Assembly: GCA_002753335.1 (NCBI GenBank)
Contig: PEAD01000031.1
Span: 1-34,087, forward strand
Direction of reading: 5' to 3'
Length of the DNA: 34,087 nt
Origin: Nitrospirae bacterium MYbin3
Lineage (GTDB): Bacteria > Nitrospirota > Thermodesulfovibrionia > Thermodesulfovibrionales > Dissulfurispiraceae
A model generated the notes under the pieces. The model saw nothing but the letters and a program-made list of their open reading frames with translations, was not told where the DNA came from and did not search any database. This document shows positions 1 to 8,468 of this stretch, one piece after another. Numbering within the stretch: position 1 is the stretch's first letter; every line of letters begins with the position of its first letter. The translations under genes and the position numbers were made by a program.

Positions 1-1
1 C

Positions 2-1180
2 AGCATAGAAGAGTATGTGGGGCAGGAGCATATTTTGGGTGAAGGCAAGCTTTTGAGAAGGGCGATAGAGGCCGACAGGATATCGTCGCTTATATTTTAC
101 GGCCCTCCCGGCACAGGAAAGACGGCGCTTGCAAGGGTTATAGCCTCAAAATCCAATGCCTATCTGGAATGGCTCAATGCGGCCACAGCAGGACTCGACG
201 ACCTCAGGAAGTCTATAAAGTCGGCCCGCGAACGCAGGCGCAAAGGCGTCCGCACCATACTTTTTCTTGATGAGATACACAGGTTTAACAAGCTTCAGCA
301 GGATGCCTTGCTTCCGGATGTTGAGGAGGGGAATGTTGTTCTTATAGCCGCAACGGTCGAAAATCCTTTCTTTTATGTGAACTCTGCGCTGATTTCGAGA
401 AGCCAGATCTTTGAGCTTAAGCCTCTTTCAACAGAGAATATTTCAAAAATACTGGACAACGCGCTTAAGGACAAAGAGCGCGGATTCGGAAAGCTCGATG
501 TAAGTATTGAAGCTGATGCTTTGCAGCATCTCTCAAAGATATGCGATGGTGATGCGCGCAAGGCGTTGTCAGCCCTCGAAATAGCGGTGCTTACTACCCG
601 GCCAGATGCCCAGGGATCGATAAGTATTACTTTAGCCATAGTTGAAGATTCCATACAGAAGAAGGCTGTTGTTTATGACAAAGACGGCGATCAACATTAC
701 GACACCATATCCGCGTTTATAAAAAGCATGAGGGGCTCGGATCCTGATGCGGTGGTCTATTACCTTGCGAAGATGCTATATGCAGGTGAAGACCCGCGGT
801 TTATAGCCCGAAGGATTGTTATATGCGCTTCGGAGGATGTGGGCGAAGCAGACCCTATGGCGCTTGTGCTTGCTGTTTCGACATTGAGGGCGGTTGAGTT
901 TGTGGGCATGCCCGAGGCACGGATACCTTTGGCTCAGGCCGCCATTTACATAGCCAATGCTCCCAAAAGCAATGCCTGCTATGAGGCTATTGACGCTGCC
1001 CTTGAAGATATTAAGAACGAGCAGACTATGGAGGTTCCGGATCATCTGAAGGACAGCCACTACAAAGGGGCAAAAGAGCTGGGGCATGGGGAAGGCTACA
1101 AATATCCTCATGCATACGGCGGATACGTCGAGCAGGAATACCTTAAAAATAAAAAGACATACTACCGCAAACCCAGATAG
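2..1180 (+). CDS. rarA: Replication-associated recombination protein A (RarA/MgsA AAA+ ATPase), 5'-truncated by the window edge
   Basis: Frame is open from base 2 (SIEEYVGQEHIL). Walker A GPPGTGKT, Walker B LFLDEIHRFNK, C-terminal MgsA motifs YDxxGDQHYDTISAFIKSMRGSD and SEDVG. Confidence 0.95.
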   Translation, partial: SIEEYVGQEHILGEGKLLRRAIEADRISSLIFYGPPGTGKTALARVIASKSNAYLEWLNAATAGLDDLRKSIKSARERRRKGVRTILFLDEIHRFNKLQQDALLPDVEEGNVVLIAATVENPFFYVNSALISRSQIFELKPLSTENISKILDNALKDKERGFGKLDVSIEADALQHLSKICDGDARKALSALEIAVLTTRPDAQGSISITLAIVEDSIQKKAVVYDKDGDQHYDTISAFIKSMRGSDPDAVVYYLAKMLYAGEDPRFIARRIVICASEDVGEADPMALVLAVSTLRAVEFVGMPEARIPLAQAAIYIANAPKSNACYEAIDAALEDIKNEQTMEVPDHLKDSHYKGAKELGHGEGYKYPHAYGGYVEQEYLKNKKTYYRKPR

Positions 1181-2043
1181 CGCAAGGGGTTGTCAGATAC
1201 GCATGCGTTCACAGAGTCTTCTGGAAAGCCTTCCTCAACAAGTCTTTTTGCAGCATCAGCCACAGCCATAGCGCCGCCTAAGAGCGTTCCCCTGCCGTCT
1301 GTTAGTTCTCCGCGCAGCCATGTAAGGGTTTCACGCACCGAATCCGACACGATGATTATCCGCTCGTGGTTCTTTACCCGAAACACAAGGTCTATAATTG
1401 CAGCATGAAGGTGGTGCGGGTCTGCTATAAGCTCGATGTAAATATCGTTATGAAGCAGTCCGAAGCCTGCAAGACCGGGCTCTCTGTGATGAAAAACACG
1501 CATCGCATTGAACAGGTGCGTAATACCTTTGGCGCCTGCGTTGTAGCCCCTTTCTGCCTCCTGATAGGTTGCATCAGAATGTCCCATATTCACCTTAATG
1601 CCCATGTCGGATACTTTTTTTATAAGTTTGCGGGCATGTTCGATTTCGGGTGCGATGGTTATGATTTTTACAATATCCTCAAAGCCGTCTGTCAGTTCCT
1701 GAAAGCTGTACTCGGAAGCGTTTATGAATGTTATTGCGTTGAGCGCTCCGGCCTTCACCTGATTAAGAAATGGCCCCTCAAGATGCACACCCAATATTTT
1801 GGCCGGAACAGCAGCTTCTTCGTCTGTCGCATTCACAGCAGGTTCAGACTGAAGCCTGATCGCTTCTTTTACGACAGCCATCTGTTCGCGCATAATTTTA
1901 ATGGTTGCAGAATAGATGGTCGGGATTATTGCGGATACGCCTCGGGAGCCGTGCAAACTGGCTATTTTTAGTATGTGCTCAGGTTCGACGGTCCTTGTAT
2001 CATAGCCGCCTGCGCCGTGTGTATGAACGTCGATGATCTGCAT
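1162..2043 (-). CDS. nagA: N-acetylglucosamine-6-phosphate deacetylase (compact form)
   Basis: Motifs IDVHTHG, GVHLEGPFLN, TIAPE, GHSDA, THLFNAM and SDS of the NagA amidohydrolase. The 3' end overlaps rarA convergently. Confidence 0.88.
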   Translation of the reverse strand: MQIIDVHTHGAGGYDTRTVEPEHILKIASLHGSRGVSAIIPTIYSATIKIMREQMAVVKEAIRLQSEPAVNATDEEAAVPAKILGVHLEGPFLNQVKAGALNAITFINASEYSFQELTDGFEDIVKIITIAPEIEHARKLIKKVSDMGIKVNMGHSDATYQEAERGYNAGAKGITHLFNAMRVFHHREPGLAGFGLLHNDIYIELIADPHHLHAAIIDLVFRVKNHERIIIVSDSVRETLTWLRGELTDGRGTLLGGAMAVADAAKRLVEEGFPEDSVNACVSDNPLRYLGLR

Positions 2044-2108
2044 AATTTAATAGCGTGTCAATAATTGTCGCAAATCATCTTCTGTTTTTCACGCAAAACT
2101 TACAAGGT

Positions 2109-2969
2109 TTATTTTGCTTTAGAGCTTTTTTTCATCATGCTGAAGGGGTTCATCTTGTTCAGTAGTTCAAATGTATCTTCCATGAAGTCTTTTACATCAT
2201 CCGCGTCAATGCTCAGTTCAGCAAGAGTTTCTTTATAACGCGACCCCCAATTGTGGTCAGAATCAACTTTGAAGGATTCAATAACATAGCAGCCGGCAAT
2301 ATATTCAGAGAGAACTAAGATAGCCATAGCTTTGACTACTGCAGGGTCTTTGTGCGAAGCCTTATCGTTATGGTGCGCTTGTATTGTCTGGTAGATAACA
2401 TCAGGCAGCTTCCAAGATTTGGCTATGAGTCCGCCTACGGTGCAGTGGTCAGACTGGACAACAGCTTCTTCTTTTTCCATTGAGTCAAAACTATAACCGA
2501 TAGCGGTATCTAGGACCTGCTTATAATTGGGGAATTTCTTTAACAGCAAAGGTATTGCACAGTCATGGAACAACCCCAGCAGGTATGCCTGATTCTCGGT
2601 TGTAAGCTGAGTCTTCTTTGCAATATATGCCGAGATTTTTGCCACGAACATCGAATGGCTCCAGAAGGAATCATCAGCGTCTCCGCAAACATCACGCAGG
2701 GCTGATGACATAATCACGTTGCTGAAGTTTGACATGCCCATCATATTTAAGGCCTGATGAATGGAGTCAACCGGCCGGCCGCCAAAGAAAGGTGAGTTGG
2801 CTATCTTCAGAACCTTGGCAGCGAGGCCTACGTCCTGTCCGATAAGGTCCGAAATCCTCCCGAAATTAGGATTGGGCCTGCTTGTTTCCTCGTTGATGGC
2901 AATAACTATCCCCATTTGTGAGGGAATGCCTATGCCTTTTACCAGCTCTTCAGCGCGTTTTATATCCAT
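2109..2969 (-). CDS. HDOD domain signal-transduction protein
   Basis: DVGLAAKVLKIANSPFF, FWSHS, GLFHDCAIPLL, HCTVGGLIAKSWKLP, HH motifs. Confidence 0.9.
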   Translation of the reverse strand: MDIKRAEELVKGIGIPSQMGIVIAINEETSRPNPNFGRISDLIGQDVGLAAKVLKIANSPFFGGRPVDSIHQALNMMGMSNFSNVIMSSALRDVCGDADDSFWSHSMFVAKISAYIAKKTQLTTENQAYLLGLFHDCAIPLLLKKFPNYKQVLDTAIGYSFDSMEKEEAVVQSDHCTVGGLIAKSWKLPDVIYQTIQAHHNDKASHKDPAVVKAMAILVLSEYIAGCYVIESFKVDSDHNWGSRYKETLAELSIDADDVKDFMEDTFELLNKMNPFSMMKKSSKAK

Positions 2970-3012
2970 GACTGTAGTTCACCTCTTTGGTTTCTTGATT
3001 CTTTGCGCTCGC

Positions 3013-3417
3013 CTATACACTCTCGATTAGTCCCAGTTTCAGGACTTCATCGAGAAGTTGTTTCTTGTGAATCGGTTTTACGATATAAGAGTCTGCGCCT
3101 CCGCGGTAGTATGATTCGATAACAATTTGAGGGTCGGCAAGCGCCGTTACCATTATAACTTTTGTTTTTTTGTCTTCCGAGATATTTTTTTCATCTTCTA
3201 TTTTCCGTATCTCTTTCATCGCATCTATTCCATTCATAACAGGCATCATTATATCCATCAGTATAAGGTGGTATGGATTGTTTTCTTTCAGCGCAGTTTC
3301 GAACAGTTCGACCGATTCCTTGCCTTCAACCGAAAGAACACACTCCCCGTATTTTGACATGATGCCTTCGAGCACTGTCCTTGCCACCAAATCATCATCC
3401 ACAATCAGAATCCGCAT
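3013..3417 (-). CDS. Single-domain CheY-like response regulator
   Basis: ILIVDDD, LILMDIMMPVMNG, VTA, YIVKP receiver signature. Confidence 0.92.
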   Translation of the reverse strand: MRILIVDDDLVARTVLEGIMSKYGECVLSVEGKESVELFETALKENNPYHLILMDIMMPVMNGIDAMKEIRKIEDEKNISEDKKTKVIMVTALADPQIVIESYYRGGADSYIVKPIHKKQLLDEVLKLGLIESV

Positions 3418-3429
3418 AATTATCCCCTC

Positions 3430-4659
3430 CTATTTCTGCCGGTCGTTATTTTTGAATTTTACTGAAAAATGGAAGTCGGTTCCTTTTCCCTTTTTGCTTG
3501 CAACACGCAGTTTGCCGCCCATCATACCAATCACCTTAGATGCTATGGCAAGCCCAAGCCCTGTGCCGCCGTGTCTCCTTGTAAGGGAGCCATCCCCCTG
3601 CGTGAAACTATCAAACACTTTGGATACTTTGTCTTCAGGAATGCCTATGCCGGTGTCCGAGATCGAGAAAAACAGCTCGGTCATGCCGTCTGCAGGCTCA
3701 CTGTTGAAAGTAATATCGAGACGCACATCACCTTTTTCTGTAAACTTGATAGCGTTGTCAAGCAGCAATGAGAGCACCTGTTTGATTTTGAAATCGTCCC
3801 CTATAAACATAGATGGAAGATCGGCAGCCATGTTAAATGTCAGCAGCAATCCTTTTTTTACCGCCTCGGGTAAATATTCTTTGTTCAGACCGGAAATAAT
3901 ATCATTCAGATTAAACTGACGTTCCACAAACTTGTAATTGCCTGATTCCAAAACCGCGATCTCAAGTATGTTATTGAGAAGCTTGTTTAGAGATGAAGCG
4001 CATGTACTGATCATCTCGGTATTTTTTCTTAATTGGGATGGCAAATCCATATCAAGAATAAGGTCGGTAAAACCGATAATTCCGTTCAAAGGCGTGCGTA
4101 TCTCGTGGCTCATATTCGAAAGGAACTCCGATTTAAGACGAGATGCCTCTATAGCGACATCTCTCGCTTTTTTTAGTTCTCCGACCGTCAAGAGCAGCTC
4201 TTTTGTTTTTTCGTTGACCTCTTGCTCAAGCATGTTCCTGTAATTTTTTTCCATGTTCCTGTATTTGCGGAACATGGTTGCCCTGCAGATAGCCTTAACA
4301 AGGACGTCCGGATCAAAAGGCTTTATTATGAAATCAAAGGCATCTTTTTTTATCGCATTTACTGCGGTGTCAAGGTCTGCGTATGCGGTAAAGAGGACTA
4401 CCGGGACATCAGGGTCTATCCAGTGCAGCTGCTCCATAAGTTCGATACCGGTTATGCCCGGCATTTTTATGTCAGAAAGGACCGCATCTATGTTGTTCGC
4501 CTTAAAAACTTCTATTGCGTTATCAGCGCTGTTGCAAGAAAACATCTTGTATCCCTCTTGCGCAAGCAGCATGCCGGCCGCTTTCAGAACATGTTTGTCA
4601 TCATCAACTATGAGTACTGAGTAGGGGTTGTCGCTTTTCACAGTATTATTATACTCCAT
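3430..4659 (-). CDS. Hybrid histidine kinase (N-terminal REC + HisKA + HATPase_c)
   Basis: VLIVDDD...SDIKMPG receiver; FLSNMSHEIRTPLNG H-box; DNAIKFT, DTGIGI and GGTGLGL boxes. Confidence 0.93.
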   Translation of the reverse strand: MEYNNTVKSDNPYSVLIVDDDKHVLKAAGMLLAQEGYKMFSCNSADNAIEVFKANNIDAVLSDIKMPGITGIELMEQLHWIDPDVPVVLFTAYADLDTAVNAIKKDAFDFIIKPFDPDVLVKAICRATMFRKYRNMEKNYRNMLEQEVNEKTKELLLTVGELKKARDVAIEASRLKSEFLSNMSHEIRTPLNGIIGFTDLILDMDLPSQLRKNTEMISTCASSLNKLLNNILEIAVLESGNYKFVERQFNLNDIISGLNKEYLPEAVKKGLLLTFNMAADLPSMFIGDDFKIKQVLSLLLDNAIKFTEKGDVRLDITFNSEPADGMTELFFSISDTGIGIPEDKVSKVFDSFTQGDGSLTRRHGGTGLGLAIASKVIGMMGGKLRVASKKGKGTDFHFSVKFKNNDRQK

Positions 4660-4665
4660 AACATG

Positions 4666-5667
4666 CTATCTTTCTTTTACAACACGAAAGCCTACGCTGT
4701 AAACGCTCTCAGATGGGTTGGCGCTGCTGCGTGCCGAGCATCTTGCAAAACGCGCAGAAAGCTGAAAACTGCCGCCGCGTATGACCCTGTTGCCTGCACC
4801 TATGCAGATAGGGTTGTCTCTTTCCTGATCCTGATAGCAGTTCGGCGCATAATCGTCTTCGACCCATTCCCAGACATTTCCGCTCATGTCATAGAGGCCG
4901 ATGCCGTTTGGTTTTGAGCGGCCTACAGGATGGAGCTTGCCGTCAGCATTGGAACCTGTCCAGGCATACTGGTCTATAGAAGACTCATTTGCGGTTCCTG
5001 ACCATTTTTCTTTTTTGCCTCCGCTTCTGCAGGCATATTCCCATTCCGCTTCTCTGGGGAGACGGAAGGTGGAGGAGCTGTTTTTCTTTTTCAGGGCAGC
5101 AAAAAAATCCTGTGTGTCTTTCCAGCTTACCTTTTCAACAGGATAGCTCCCGCCGCTCTTTGCGGATAGATTTTTGCCCATAACTATTTTCCATTGATCC
5201 TGAGTTACTTCATGTCTGCTTATATAAAAATCGTTGACGCATACTTCATGCACCGGTTTTTCGTCAGGGTCTCCGTCACCGAAAATATCACCCATAAAAT
5301 AACAGCCGCCTGCGACGAATACAAACTCGATGCCGGATGAGGGGTCTGTGTATTTTTCGTCCGGTTTTGGCAGGCCGGGATTTTTTTGAGAGGACTTTGA
5401 ACCTTGTGATGACAGGCCCGAAAATAATTTTATCTTTTCTCCGCGTGGAATCATCGATTCGATGAAAGAGAGCGCTTCCTGGCCTTTGTATTTATAGGCG
5501 AAAAATGCTATGACCAACAAAAGCAGCATGAGCATTGCTGTTCTGCCGGATTTGCGTTTTTTGCCTGCTTCCAACAAAGGGGGCACAACAGTATTCAGCG
5601 GCTCTCTGCAGTAGGGGCAGAAGTTTAAAGGGTTCCTTATAAAGTTTCCGCAGTTTGGACAGTTCAT
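4666..5667 (-). CDS. Zn-ribbon + TM + FGE-sulfatase (formylglycine-generating enzyme-like) domain protein
   Basis: N-terminal CPNC..CPYC, hydrophobic TM segment, then MGD..DEKPVHEV, EVTQ, RLPREAEWEYAC, PNGIGLYDMSGNVWEW, RGGS and GFR motifs. Confidence 0.9.
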   Translation of the reverse strand: MNCPNCGNFIRNPLNFCPYCREPLNTVVPPLLEAGKKRKSGRTAMLMLLLLVIAFFAYKYKGQEALSFIESMIPRGEKIKLFSGLSSQGSKSSQKNPGLPKPDEKYTDPSSGIEFVFVAGGCYFMGDIFGDGDPDEKPVHEVCVNDFYISRHEVTQDQWKIVMGKNLSAKSGGSYPVEKVSWKDTQDFFAALKKKNSSSTFRLPREAEWEYACRSGGKKEKWSGTANESSIDQYAWTGSNADGKLHPVGRSKPNGIGLYDMSGNVWEWVEDDYAPNCYQDQERDNPICIGAGNRVIRGGSFQLSARFARCSARSSANPSESVYSVGFRVVKER

Positions 5668-5678
5668 CGATATTTATC

Positions 5679-6881
5679 CTACGTCATATCAGCAACGAGC
5701 ATAGCACAATTGGGGCAGTTGTTAAAATCAAATTCCACCGGCACTCCGCAGCTAGAGCACCAGATGGCTGCGCTCTGCACTGTTTGGAGCGCTGCCTGAG
5801 TTCCCGGAACCGGCAGCAGCATCTGGTGTCCCGAAAGAAACGCATTCGGAAAATAGTCCTTGTCCATTCTGCACCACGGGCAGGATGGTAAATGGTCGGA
5901 GTAAACATGGTTTCTGTTGGTCCTGCACTCCTTCAGTTTTTCTATCGCATCACGCAGGGCATCAAGCCAATCCCTTGCTGTGGGCCTTTTTAACCGGTCT
6001 CTGTGGCCCTCGACAAAGCAGCGTGAAAAAAGCTGCTTGAGTGGCGCAGGAATAATTTCGTAATTCGGAGCGTAGTCCGGCGGCTGGACAATCTTGCTGT
6101 CGTCGTATGGGAATAGACCTTTTTTTACTTTTCCCTCCAGGGAAGGGGTGTTGTCAAGGGCGGAGCCTTTTGCCTGATAAGGATGAACGCCCATCATAAG
6201 AAACTTGAAGATGAGTATGCCGAGCGCAAAACGGTCAGAATAAATCCTCTCGTGATCGTTTTCTTTAAAGTTTACCGAATGCAGTTCAGGCGGCAGAAAC
6301 TCCCCTGTGCCTACGCGGGTATAGAAGGTCTGCCGCGTATCGTTGTCTCTGATCTGAAATGAGTCGCAGTCAACGATCGATATCAGTGTGGTAGGTGAAA
6401 CGAGAATATTATTTTCCCTCAAGTCGCCGATGCAGTGGCCCTTTTGATGGATCGCAGTAACCGCATTTGCGATGTTGAAGGCTGCGGTCATCAGGTATTT
6501 CCATGTGAAGGTGCCTCCCAAATCTCGTATCCTGTCTGCCGGGTCATAGTAGATATGGCTTTCCTTGAACACTCTGGTGTCTATCAGAGGCATGGTATAA
6601 CCTGCAAAGCGGGTTTTTTCGAAGTCAAAAAATACTATTGATATGGGCCATGCGATAGAACGGTATCCTATAACAGACCATGTCGGATCCTCAGGCGCAT
6701 TCTTTATCATGGCGGTGATCTTCTGAATCAGTTCATCTGTTATCGCTCTTTTGAAATATATTTTTGCGCATAACAACTGGTTGCCTTTGACCGAATAAAT
6801 CTTGCCTTCTCCACCGCTCTTTCTGGTTTCGTTAAGTGTTAATTCCTGTCCTGATGTTGTATAAACGGTCAGTTCAGTCAT
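5679..6881 (-). CDS. YegI-like Ser/Thr protein kinase with C-terminal Zn-ribbons (TerY-P triad kinase)
   Basis: GGEGKIY, AKIY, IGDLRENNILV, DCDSFQ, PPEL, DRFALG, HPY motifs; C-terminal CPWC and CxxC..CPNC. Confidence 0.88.
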   Translation of the reverse strand: MTELTVYTTSGQELTLNETRKSGGEGKIYSVKGNQLLCAKIYFKRAITDELIQKITAMIKNAPEDPTWSVIGYRSIAWPISIVFFDFEKTRFAGYTMPLIDTRVFKESHIYYDPADRIRDLGGTFTWKYLMTAAFNIANAVTAIHQKGHCIGDLRENNILVSPTTLISIVDCDSFQIRDNDTRQTFYTRVGTGEFLPPELHSVNFKENDHERIYSDRFALGILIFKFLMMGVHPYQAKGSALDNTPSLEGKVKKGLFPYDDSKIVQPPDYAPNYEIIPAPLKQLFSRCFVEGHRDRLKRPTARDWLDALRDAIEKLKECRTNRNHVYSDHLPSCPWCRMDKDYFPNAFLSGHQMLLPVPGTQAALQTVQSAAIWCSSCGVPVEFDFNNCPNCAMLVADMT

Positions 6882-7653
6882 TGTTGAGTCCTTGCAGAAC
6901 AGCCAGAACCAAGGTTTTGTCGTCTTCTGAATATTCGCTGATTTTTTCTGATAAAAGGAATTCGCTTAATTCCTGCTCTCCCGCAATCAGGTCGGCGGTT
7001 TCTGAAGCAAAAGAAAATACCGGATTAAAGAACTTTTCAAAAGGCGTATACCCATCCATAGTTTTAAGCAGCGCTGCCCTCTGGCAGCCATCGGTAAAAA
7101 CAGCCACGCACTCCGCTATTGAGAGCGCCTCTGCAATGTATAGGTCAGACTGCCATGTGCTTGATGTGATTGGTGTGACTTCATTTGCATATTCTGAATT
7201 TAATGGCCCTGAGATTAGCACTAGCTCTCCGCCAACTTTTGCCACCACAGCTCCATCACCGATCTGGGCCGCATAAATAGTGTCCCTGAAGAACAGCACG
7301 GCAAGAAGTGTTGTGGCCATGTCGGTCAGTTTAAGACCGTCCTCAATCGCTCTGTTTTCGAGGCATTCACGGGCGGCATGCAGCATTTTCAAAGGGATTT
7401 CTGAAATATCCAGACCATCATCAGGAATATCCAGGAGAAGATTTTTTGCGGATGAAACAGCAGCCTCCACAGCGAGCCGTGAGCCGATATCAGAAAAGGG
7501 TACACTACCGAGCCCGTCAGCGACAGCTATCAGGCCAAATTCATCTACGATTTCATAATGGCAGGCATCCTGACATGGCAAATCTTCCTTGATATGCAGA
7601 GAACCTGTGATGGAAGCGCCAAAAATATAAGGCGATAAAATCGACAAGGCCAA
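6874..7653 (-). CDS. PP2C-family protein phosphatase (YegK/PphC-like)
   Basis: GSLH...PCQD, AVADGLGS, ATTLL, QIGDG, EYANE, TDG and DDKT motifs. Overlaps the kinase start. Confidence 0.9.
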   Translation of the reverse strand: MALSILSPYIFGASITGSLHIKEDLPCQDACHYEIVDEFGLIAVADGLGSVPFSDIGSRLAVEAAVSSAKNLLLDIPDDGLDISEIPLKMLHAARECLENRAIEDGLKLTDMATTLLAVLFFRDTIYAAQIGDGAVVAKVGGELVLISGPLNSEYANEVTPITSSTWQSDLYIAEALSIAECVAVFTDGCQRAALLKTMDGYTPFEKFFNPVFSFASETADLIAGEQELSEFLLSEKISEYSEDDKTLVLAVLQGLNND

Positions 7654-7668
7654 AATAGCGGAGTGGCG

Positions 7669-8364
7669 CTATCCGGTCTCCACTTCTCCCCAGCCTTCAG
7701 GGCCTGTAGGATTATCCAACGGCACGGTGTCTCCGACTTTTGATGCGGAGGTCTTTTTCGTGCTTTTTGACAACCAGCTGAACATCTCCCTGAATCTGTC
7801 TTTTTTAAGCTTGAGAGGTGGCCTGCTTTGTGGTGACAGGTCTTTGAGAGTCTGCATGTTTGCGGGCTCAACACCCACCGCAAAGAACAGGAACTTCTTG
7901 CTGCTTTCCCCCTCATGGATTCTGCTCACAACCGACTCCCACATCGGGTCGCCCGGCTTCATGTCGGTCGGCTCTCCGTCGGTTATCATAAATATCCATG
8001 GACGGTAGTAATCAACGCCCTTGGTCTTGTATTCGTTCTTTCTTTGTTCGATAAGATCCATCGCGGTATTCAACGCATATCCCATTGGGGTAAGGCCGTC
8101 TGCCGCTAAGTTCATTTCGGGCGTATTTTCTACGGAGGCAAAGTTTTGGACCACATTCACGCCTTCTCCGAAAGTGATAATGGCGAGATCGACTCGTTTG
8201 CGCGCCAGATCGTCCTGCATGATATCTTCTTTGAAAAAGTTCAGGCCTTCATTCAACTGCCTGATCTTATCACCCTCCATAGAGCCTGAGGTGTCCAGTA
8301 AAAGCATGGTAGCGCAATGGGGGTGCTGCGGGTTGGCAATTTCGACTTCATTCAATATAGACAC
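7669..8364 (-). CDS. terY: TerY/YegL-like vWA domain protein
   Basis: MIDAS motif LLDTSGSM, GLTPMG, YYRPWIFMITDGEPTD, FSWLS; first gene of the vWA-PP2C-kinase triad. Confidence 0.88.
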   Translation of the reverse strand: MSILNEVEIANPQHPHCATMLLLDTSGSMEGDKIRQLNEGLNFFKEDIMQDDLARKRVDLAIITFGEGVNVVQNFASVENTPEMNLAADGLTPMGYALNTAMDLIEQRKNEYKTKGVDYYRPWIFMITDGEPTDMKPGDPMWESVVSRIHEGESSKKFLFFAVGVEPANMQTLKDLSPQSRPPLKLKKDRFREMFSWLSKSTKKTSASKVGDTVPLDNPTGPEGWGEVETG

Positions 8365-8421
8365 GGTCAGCCTCCTAAAATTGTTATAATTTATACGAAA
8401 ATATTGCCTGTAAAGTTAGCC

Positions 8422-8451
8422 ATGTTAACCAAAAATGCTTAGTATTGTCAA
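8422..8451 (-). promoter_or_regulatory. Candidate sigma70 promoter for the TerY-P unit
   Basis: On the - strand, TTGACA (8451-8446), an 18-nt spacer and TAACAT (8427-8422) lie in the gap upstream of terY. Confidence 0.4.
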
Positions 8452-8468
8452 GGAATTGCGCTGTGCAG

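Noticed and set aside
4666..5667. FGE-sulfatase gene as a diversity-generating retroelement target
   Set aside because: No reverse transcriptase and no template-repeat copy of its 3' end were seen in the window.
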